A stretch of 64,000 bases of DNA from Octopus sinensis (taxonomy: Eukaryota): NCBI RefSeq assembly GCF_006345805.1, contig NC_043019.1, positions 32,611,360 to 32,675,359 on the forward strand. The letters run 5' to 3'. Under the pieces are notes generated by a model. That model was not told the DNA's origin, did not search any database, and saw only the letters and a list, made by a program, of their open reading frames with translations. Position numbers and translations under genes: made by a program. The stretch's first letter is position 1; every line of letters begins with the position of its first letter. This document shows positions 55,570-64,000 of this stretch, piece by piece.

Positions 55570-56384
55570 ACTTTAAATAAAGATGTTGGACTCCAGTGGA
55601 TCAAAGCAACCAGATTGTCAACATTTCTGAGAAGCCTTCTATATTCTGAATATCGAATTGCTAAACTTCTGTCACAAGCACAAATCCTTGAGCTAAAGCA
55701 CCCAAAGCATCAACTAATGATGGGTATTCGAGACCTTGTGTATCTTACAGAAGAACAGGAAGATAGTTATGAGGTTGAGAGAAAAACCTCTTTAGAATAT
55801 TTAATGGAGGCTCTGCACATTTCAAAAGGTAGGACTAAACTAGGAGATTTGGAAGACTGGTACAGAATACAAAAGTCTATGATATCAGATGACGTGTCAT
55901 CTGATTCCATGCTCGTCATATCAAGAGAAATTTTCTCTGAATCCGTCATGAGTAAATATAGCAAGAGGGAAACTTCTAAAGGTGAAGAGGAATCTTCAAG
56001 AGTAGAAGATGATCATGAACAGGAAGCTGCCGCAGAGATCCCAGTTAAATGTGTAGTTTTCAAAGAAGTGTCTCCAATAATCTACTTGGAACCTTTTGAA
56101 GATCTACTTGAGACGTCATGTGAGGAATCTGAAGCGAGTTATTTGGATTCGATTCAGAGTTTAGACCAACTTGCTGCATTAGTGACAGTTGCAACTTTTA
56201 AAAGTGCTTTGGCTATGTTAGGCAGTAGTTCAGAAGAGAGGATTATGACGGATTTAGCTGCAGAACCTTGTTTGTCGAAACTGAACACCTTCCATTTTGG
56301 TGTTACAGTAGATAAGCTGAATAAAAAAGGGAAATTTACTGTGCTGAAAGAGGAAACGGTCGATGGAAACAAATCTGGGAGCAA
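55570..56384 (+). CDS. RGS22: RGS22-like exon, 815 nt (TLNKDVGLQWIKATRLSTFLRSLLYSEYRIAKLLSQ...GNKSGS), phase 0 to 2
   Basis: Acceptor ttcttgacag, donor AA|gtaagt. Open frame includes ORF 55615..56388. The N-terminal block matches the recalled CLSREEGIKWIKKERLPAFLESDCYFEYRLAKLVSQ. Confidence 0.9.
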
Positions 56385-57883
56385 GTAAGTTGCTGCAAAT
56401 TATTAATTCACCAATTTGTTGTTCACTTACCCTTAAATAGATATTACCTGTTGTAATTTTTTTATTTTTGTTTTTTATGCACCCTTTAGAAGGCTAGCCA
56501 GGCTTATGGGCACGGTTTCCTGGTTTCTATGACAATTATGTTCCCCCCAGCTGGATGGGACGCCAGTCCATCGCAGCATTACTCAAGAAACCGGAAGAAA
56601 GAATGAGAGAAAGTTGAGGTGAAAAAATACAACAGGGGTCACCACCACCCCCTGCCAGAGCCTCGTAGAGCTTTTAGGTGTTTTCGCTCAATAAACACAC
56701 ACAACACCCGGTCTGGGAATCGAAACCGCGATCCTCCGACCACGAGTCCACTGCCCTAACCACTGGGCCATTGCGCCTCCACTCCTGTTGTAATAGCAAT
56801 CTGCACATCTTATTTAACATAGATATACAGTAAGAATGCCATAAATATTGCAGTATTTATTTTGAAATGGTATCTTGTATAGACATAGAGTGCTTAAAAG
56901 TATAGAAAGATCAGTAGCAGACAAAAGGCTTCCAACTTCCAAATCTAGCAATTCCACCATCAATGGTGGAATTGCTAGATCTGGATTTCTGCATATTTGC
57001 AAATCATCAGTAGTAAGTATCCACTATTAACTGCATGCATAGACAGATTTCACTTCAACTGATATTGTAATACAGTCGTTAACATGTGACTGGTACTGCA
57101 AATAGCTGGTGGGCTGGATTAAAAATTTTTTATTAACGACAGAGATAACGTTTGTTCTAGATAGCAATCTGTAAGTTTTGCTTAACCCTTTTCTTACACT
57201 GTTGTTGTCAAGATGCTCTGTGTTTCTTTCAATTAATTTTAAATATAATAAAGAATTCAGTAAAACAACTTAGTTATCATTAAGCTAGTGTTAGAAACAT
57301 AAATTGTGACTAAGGAAGGAAGGGGTGATGTCATACTTGGTAGTGGGATGATGAAAATTGTATGCTGAAAAAAATAAATCAAACCGTGTTTCAACTCTTT
57401 GTGAATATATGTGTATATGTAAAAGGGAGGTGTATGTGTGTACGTGCGTGTGTGTATGTATGTGTCTGTGTTTGTGTGTGTGTGTGTGTGTGCATGTCTG
57501 CATCCAATGGATGTGCGATGGTTCATCTTTGTTCATTTAGTATTTGGGTTTATTTTTTGATTTGGTTGAATCTTGGTTGGGTTTTTTTTTTTTGTTGTTG
57601 GTCAGTCATTTTTAGCGTTTTGATAGAAAATAGTCATTCTAAAATTGCTTTTTAACGTAAGCATGCCCAAACAAGTCGAATGCTTACACAGAGCAGGTTT
57701 TACAGCCACATCATCCAAACCGATGGATGAAACCGGGCTTAGCTGCTAATAGATCTCTAAGCTTAACCACAATAGTCATACATCTAATTGAGTACACAAA
57801 ATTTACTATAAATACACACACGCACACATACATGCATATATAGCTAGATGGATATACTTACACACATATTTTTTTTCTTTCAG

Positions 57884-58696
57884 AGATGCAAGCCAGGAAG
57901 CGATCATACTACCTAACAACCTTGAAGAAGATATATCACCATCAGAGAATTTAGAAAAAGATGTAACGCCATCAAACAATCTGGAACACGATGTAACACC
58001 ATCAAACAACGTTGAAACACCATCAAACAATCTGGAACACGATGTAACAACACCAAACAACGTTGAAATACCATCAAACAATCTGGAACACGATGTAACA
58101 CCACCAAACAATGTTGAAACCCCACCAAACAATGTTGAAGCACCATCAAACAATATGGAACAAAATGTAGCACTATCAAACAATGTTGAAGCACCGTCAA
58201 ACAATCTGGATCAAGATGTAACCCCATCGAACAATGTTGAAGCACCATCAAACAATCTGGAACAAGATGTAACACCATCAGGCAATATGGAAGAAAATGC
58301 AAAACCATCAGACAATGTTGAAGAAAATGTGTTACCGAAAGATGAGGAAGCTGATGGGACTTCATCATATAGTCTTGAAAGAGCTAGAACAGAGCCAAAT
58401 ATTCATGAAAAGCAACCATGCAAGAGAAATAGTCTCCCTCTTGATGTGGAATCATCAGAAGTTCTTGGAACTATTTACACAATTGAAGAAGATCTCTCAT
58501 GGCAAGACTTGATTCCCGAAGAGCGGGAATCCGAAATGACGAGCAATGAACCATTGGATACCTACACTATGGAAACCCATCAAGATTTCAGTAACTTCTA
58601 CGACTTTTTGAAAGGAACTACGGGTGAGAAATACTGGCAACTTTGGGTCAATATTGATAGAATAAAATTGGTGAAAACTGACATTCAAAAGCAAAT
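57884..58696 (+). CDS. RGS22: RGS22-like exon, 813 nt: tandem PSNN-repeat region followed by the start of an RGS-like domain (FSNFYDFLKGTTGEKYWQLWVNIDRIK), phase 2-2
   Basis: Acceptor ttttttctttcag, donor AT|gtaaat. Frame is open from 57885 through ORF 58155..58700. The C-terminal block matches the recalled EFERFKKFIKGTLGERYWWLWMDIERLK. Confidence 0.9.
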
Positions 58697-58874
58697 GTAA
58701 ATATCGTTTCCGAATATTTTAAGCTAGATATACTCATTTTTTTTGTTTGTTTGTTTGTTTGGTTTTTTTTTTTGTTTTTTTTTGTGGAGGCGCATGGCTT
58801 AGTGGTAAGGGTGTTGCATTCATGATCGTGAAATTGTGGTTCCAATCCCTGGACTGAGCAATCGGTTGTGTTCT

Positions 58875-59607
58875 GGCAGAAACGTTAGCACGCCGGGCGA
58901 AATGCTTAGCGGTATTTCGTCTGCCGTTACGTTGTGAGTTCAAATTCCGCCGAGGTCGACTTTGCCTTTCATCCTTTCGGGGTCGATAAATTAAGTACCA
59001 GTTACGCACTGGGGTCGATGTAATCGACTTAATACCTATGTCTGTCCTTGTTTGTCCCCTCTATGCTTAGCCCCTTGTGGGTAGTAAAGAAATTGGTATT
59101 TTGTCTGAGTTCAAATTCCGCCGAGGTTGACTTTGCCTTTCATCCTTTCGGGGTCGATAAATTAAGTACCAGTTACGCACTGGGGTCGATGTAATCGACT
59201 TAATACCTATGTCTGTCCTTGTTTGTCTCCTCTGTGTTTAGCCCCTTGTGGGTAGTAAAGAAATTGGTATTTTGTCTGAGTTCAAATTCCGCCGAGGTCG
59301 ACTTTGCCTTTCATCCTTTCGGGGTCGATAAATTAAGTACCAGTTATGTACTGGGGTCGATGTAATCGACTTAATACCTATGTCTGTCCTTGTTTGTCCC
59401 TTCTATATTTAGCCCCTTATGGGTAGTAAAGAAATTGGTATTTTGTCTGAGTTCAAATTCCGCCGAGGTCGACTTTGCCTTTCATCCTTTCGGGGTCGAT
59501 AAATTAAGTACCAGTTATGTACTGGGGTCGATGTAATCGACTTAATACCTATGTCTGTCCTTGTTTGTCCCCTCTCTGTTTAGCCCCTTGTGGGTAATAA
59601 ATAAATA
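58875..59607 (+). mobile_element. SINE family B (Meta-domain-like) tandem tetramer with 171-bp period, inserted in another tRNA-SINE
   Basis: gagttcaaattccg starts at 58936, 59107, 59278 and 59449; ggttgtgttct flanks the block at 58864-58874 and 59608-59618. Core gtcgactttgcctttcatcctttcggggtcgataaattaagtaccag. Confidence 0.88.
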
Positions 59608-60413
59608 GGTTGTGTTCTTGTGCAAAATACTTCACTTCACATTGCTCCAGTCCACTCAGCTGTAGAAATGGGTATCACCAGTGGAGGCATGTTACTTAGT
59701 CGACTCATAATCATGAGATTGTGGTTTCTCTCCTTGGACTGAGCAATTTGTTGTGTTCTTGAGTGAAACACTTCATTTCAAGATGCTCCAGTCCACTCAG
59801 CTGTAGAAATAAGTTTAGCCTGAAGAGGGAGAGGCTCAACCAGGCCTTCTCACCTTAGACATGTTTGCTTGACTGCAGTGCCCCAACAATCCCCAAGGAG
59901 TTAACAGACTTGTCAAATATCCATATTTTTAAAGAAATTTATGGCATGCCTACATAAGCGTGCTCCCCACCACTCCAAATATTTTCTGTATATTTATCCG
60001 AAAAACAGGTCATTTTAATGAAAATTTCTACAGATACCTTTCAGATGGTGTAGCTTATAAATATATTGAAATTTAATGTGGGAAAATAAAACATACATAC
60101 GGACAAACATCATATATATATGACTGAAATAATAATAATGAGTAATGAAAATAATTACCCACATTCATAAACACATCGAAACCCCAGCTCCTAGGGAGCT
60201 AAGAATGAAATAAACATAAATGGTTGTGTGATAAGAATCACTTGATTCCAGGTTCCCAACCACATGGTTCCAGGTTAAATCCCACTGCATGACACCTTGG
60301 GCAAGTTCCTTCTATTATAGCCTCAGCATTCCCAAAGCCTTGTGAGTGGATTTGATTGAATGGAAACTGAAAGAAGTTCATCGTGTGTGTGTGTGTGGGG
60401 GGGTGTATGTATG

Positions 60414-60463
<50 letters not shown>

Positions 60464-60965
60464 CGTGCTTTTGTGTCTGTGTTTGTTTCCCATATTCACT
60501 TGACGACTGGTGTTGGTGTGTTTATGTTCCCATGACTTAGCAGTCCAGCAAAAGAGACCAATAGAATAAATACCAGGCTTTAAAAAATAATTAAATACTG
60601 GGGACAATTTATATTTCCTTATTGCCCACAAGGGGCTAAACATAGAGGGGACAAACAAGGACAGATAAAGAGATTAAGTCGATTAGATCTACCCCAGTGC
60701 ATAACTGGTACTTCATTTATCGACCCCAAAAGGATGAAAGGCAAAATCGACCTCGGCAGAATTTGAACTCAGAACGTAGCAGCAGACGAAATACTGCTAA
60801 GCATTTCGTCCGACACGCTAACGTTTCTGCCAGCTCGCTGCCTTTTAACTGGGGCCAATTTATGTGACTAAAATTATTCAAGATGGTAACTAGAACAAGT
60901 GAAAGAAGAAAAAGAAGTACTTGTATCTACAACATAGATTTAAAATTTTGTAAAAAAAAAAACTA

Positions 60966-61582
60966 TAGTCATGGCCAAAAGTTTTGAACATAGGTCTGAA
61001 AATTAGAATTTTTATATTAAGTAGGCGCAGGAGTGGCTGTGTGGTAAGTAGCTTGCTTACGAACCACATGATTTCGGGTTCAGTCCCACTGTGTGGCACC
61101 TTGAGCAAGTGTCTTCTACTATAGCCTCGGGGCAACCAAAGCTTTGTTAGTGGATTTGGTAGACAGAAACTGAAAGAAGCCCATTGTATATATATAGGTG
61201 TGTTTGTGTGTCTGTGTTTGTTCTCCCCAACATCGCTTGACAACCGATGCTAGTGTGTTTACGTCCCCGTAACTTGGCAGTTCGGCAAAAGTGACTGATA
61301 AAATAAGTACTAGGCTTATAAAGAATAAGTCCTGGGGTTGATTTGCTCGACTATAGACAGTGCTCCAGCATGGCCGCATTCAAATAACTGAAACAAGTAA
61401 AAGAGTAAATGCCCAAAATTATATTTAATTTGCAATATATTATTATTTAGCCAAAAGTTTGTAACGGAATTTTTTAAATTAAAAGCCCAAATATATGCAT
61501 TGTGTATATTTGAATCAAATTGTGCTAGGGCTAAACAATTTTAATTTAAAAAACAAAGGTTCCTAACTTTTGGTCACAATTG
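60966..61582. mobile_element. Tc1-like MITE carrying a nested SINE (about 61020-61410)
   Basis: Imperfect TIRs tagtcatggccaaaagtt / aacttttggtcacaattg flanked by TA. Confidence 0.6.
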
Positions 61583-62177
61583 TATGTAGTATGTGTCAGT
61601 GTGTGGAGGCGCGATGGCCCAGTGGTTAGGGCAGTTGACTCGCGGTCGTAGGATCGCAGTTTCAATTCCCAGTCCGGGCGTTGTGTGTATTTATTGAGCG
61701 AAAACACCTAAAAGCTCCACGATGCTCCGGCAGGGTGTTGGTGGTGGCGATCCCTGCTGTACTCTTTCACCACAACTTTCTATCACTCTTTCTTCTGTTG
61801 GCCTGCTTGCTTAGCCAGTGGAGTGGCATCATTTGAAGGCTAAAACATTGTGAAGCGCTTTGTGGCCAGCGATGTGTAGCAACATCCGATAGCCTGGTCA
61901 GTCACGGTGATCACGGTGATGTGTCAGTGTAAATATGTGCAGCAAACTCCATGGAAAAAACCTTCACGGTTCAACAGAGAGAACAAGTAGCTGCAGCAAA
62001 GCATTGAAGAGTGCAATGAGGCAAGTAAGACACTTTGGTCATCCACTGCATCCCCAATTGTCTTGACTGATCTTTTTTCTGGACTGGAGACAGTCACAGT
62101 GAAGAGAGAGAGTGATCGTCTTCTGTTTAAAAAAAGTTACCACACAAGTCATCAGTCATTCTTAAGAATGACTAGAT

Positions 62178-62767
62178 CAGTGGTTCTCAACCAGAGACCA
62201 TATGTCTTTGAGGGTCCATATAAAATTTTGGGGGGGTCTACCCATCTAAATAAGTAAATTAGGGATCCACAATAGTATTTTAAGGGCACCTGAAAATATT
62301 TTACTTTACATTTATAGGCACAGGAGTGGCTGTGTGGTAAGTAGCTGCTTACCAACCACATGGTTCTGGGTTCAGTCCCACTGCATGGCACCTTGGGCAA
62401 GTGTCTTCTACTATAGCCTCGGACCGACCAAAGCCTTGTGAGTGGATTTGGTAGATGGAAACTGAAAGAACCCCTTCGTATATATATATATAGATATATA
62501 TATGTATGTATGTCTGTGTATATGTTTGTGTGTCTGTGTTTGTACCCCCCAACATTGCTTGACAACTGATGCTGGTGTGTTTACGTCCCCGTAACTTAGC
62601 AGTTCGGCAAAAGAGACCGATAGAATAAGTACTAGGCTTACAAAGAATAAGTCCTGGGGTCGATTTGCTCGACTAAAGGCAGTGCTACAGCATGGCCACA
62701 GTCAAATGACTGAAACAAGTAAAAGAGTAAAAGGGATCCATAGATAAAGGATGGTGCAAAACCCCTG
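62178..62767. mobile_element. hAT-like MITE relic with nested full-length SINE (about 62315-62732)
   Basis: Starts CAGTGGTTCTCAACC and ends with the weaker ...aaaacccctg. No TSD recognisable. Confidence 0.45.
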
Positions 62768-62859
62768 GATGTGAAGGTCCTTGTCACTCAGATCAATGAT
62801 CATGTGGTGCACACCATGTCTTCCTTTCCTGTTTTTACATTAAATTTTGATATAAATGA

Positions 62860-63370
62860 AAGGGTTTTGTGGAAAATTTCATTGAAACATACACATGTTT
62901 CGGAAAGTCTATGAGGAAACAAAATTCAACTCGTGAATTATCCAAAATTCCTCTCACCACTCTCAAAATATTTTTCACAACAAATTCCAATATACTCATA
63001 ATCTACACCATTTGAAAGGTATGTAGAAAAATTCGTTAAATTTCCTGAAAGTTATGAGGAAACAAAGTCAACTCGTATGAATTATCTGAAACTCCTCTTA
63101 CCACTCCCCGAAATATTTTTTCAAAACAAATTCCAATATAATCAGAATGTTGAAAGGTATTTGTAGAAGAATTCATTAAAAAATATTAATTTTCTGACAG
63201 TTATGAGGAAACAAAGTCAACTCATATGAATTATCTGAAACTCCTCTTACCACTCCCCAAAATATTTTTTCAAAACAAATTCCAATATAATCAGAATATT
63301 GAAGGGTATTTGTAGAAAAATTCATTAAAATATATCAATTTTCTGAAAGTTATGAGGAAACAAAATCATA
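62860..63370. repeat. Tandem array of about 149-bp units (related sequence about 19850-20420 and 59970-60090)
   Basis: gttatgaggaaacaaagtcaactc..atgaattatc recurs near 62910, 63052, 63201 and 63350. Confidence 0.75.
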
Positions 63371-64000
63371 GAAGGCACACTTGTGTAGATATGCCAAAAT
63401 TTATATCATGAGGTGAACATTATGTCGATAGTTAAAGATTTCCATTAAGTCAAACATTAATTCACAATATTACTCAGTAAAGAAAAATACTAGACTTGTT
63501 ATTTTTATTCGAAAGTACTAGCTTATTTTTACTTCAGCCAATGTTTACATCTTTTGTAAATATGTATATTTTTAACTGGCACTTTGTCAGTTATGGGGGT
63601 TCCAGCCAATCTGATCAATGAAACAGCTTACTTGTAAAATAATCATTCAAGGAGCTGAACGCTCCACAGACATGTGTAACCTTAACGTACTTCTCAAGGG
63701 GGTTCAGCGTGAAATACTCCTATCACAGGCGGTGAGCTGGCAGCAACGTTAGCATGCCAGGCGAAATGCTTAGCGGTATTTCGTGGAGGCGCGTAGCTTA
63801 GTGGTTAGGGTGTCAGCATCATGATTGTAAGATTGTGGTTTCGATTCCTAGACTGGGCAACTCGTTGTTTTCTTGAACAAAACACTTCATTTCACGTTGC
63901 TCCAGTACACACAGCTGGCAAAAATGAGTAACGCTGCGATGGACTGGCGTCCCGTCCAGCTAGGAAGGCGGTGAGCTGGCAGAAACACTAGCATGCCGGG

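Noticed and set aside
58875-59607. Regular repeats resembling a CRISPR array
   Set aside because: Units are contiguous 171-bp SINE bodies with no unique spacers, in eukaryotic DNA with no cas genes.
61951-62032. Possible next RGS22 exon (phase 2, KLHGKNLHGSTERTSSCSKALKSAMRQ, donor gtaaga)
   Set aside because: Poor acceptor and no resemblance to the expected continuation of the RGS-like domain; the next exon probably lies beyond the window.

Overview
AT-rich eukaryotic DNA saturated with microsatellites and interspersed repeats. The repeat families look cephalopod (Octopus-like); this is an inference from recalled repeat sequences, not a search result. Almost all ORF-track entries are simple-repeat or SINE artefacts. 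The one well-supported host gene is a + strand RGS22-like gene. Five consecutive, phase-compatible GT-AG exons can be spliced (45062-45090, 48945-49007, 49782-50045, 55570-56384, 57884-58696; about 661 codons). The first coding exon is not securely located and the gene continues past the window end. It has a 29-nt microexon and a large tandem peptide-repeat insertion. Mobile elements include a decayed Penelope-like element (RT + GIY-YIG), RTE and CR1/L2-type LINE 3' fragments, mariner/Tc1 relics, piggyBac-, hAT- and Helentron-type non-autonomous elements, and at least three tRNA-headed SINE families. The most interesting non-coding signals are several minimal hammerhead-ribozyme-like folds with palindromic stem III in Penelope-type tails (two independently carry CCGANGA instead of CUGANGA), long fold-back palindromes anchored in (TA)n tracts, a SINE tetramer inside a single TSD, and RFX X-box motifs. 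One 100-N assembly gap is present. I see no clearly novel multi-gene system.
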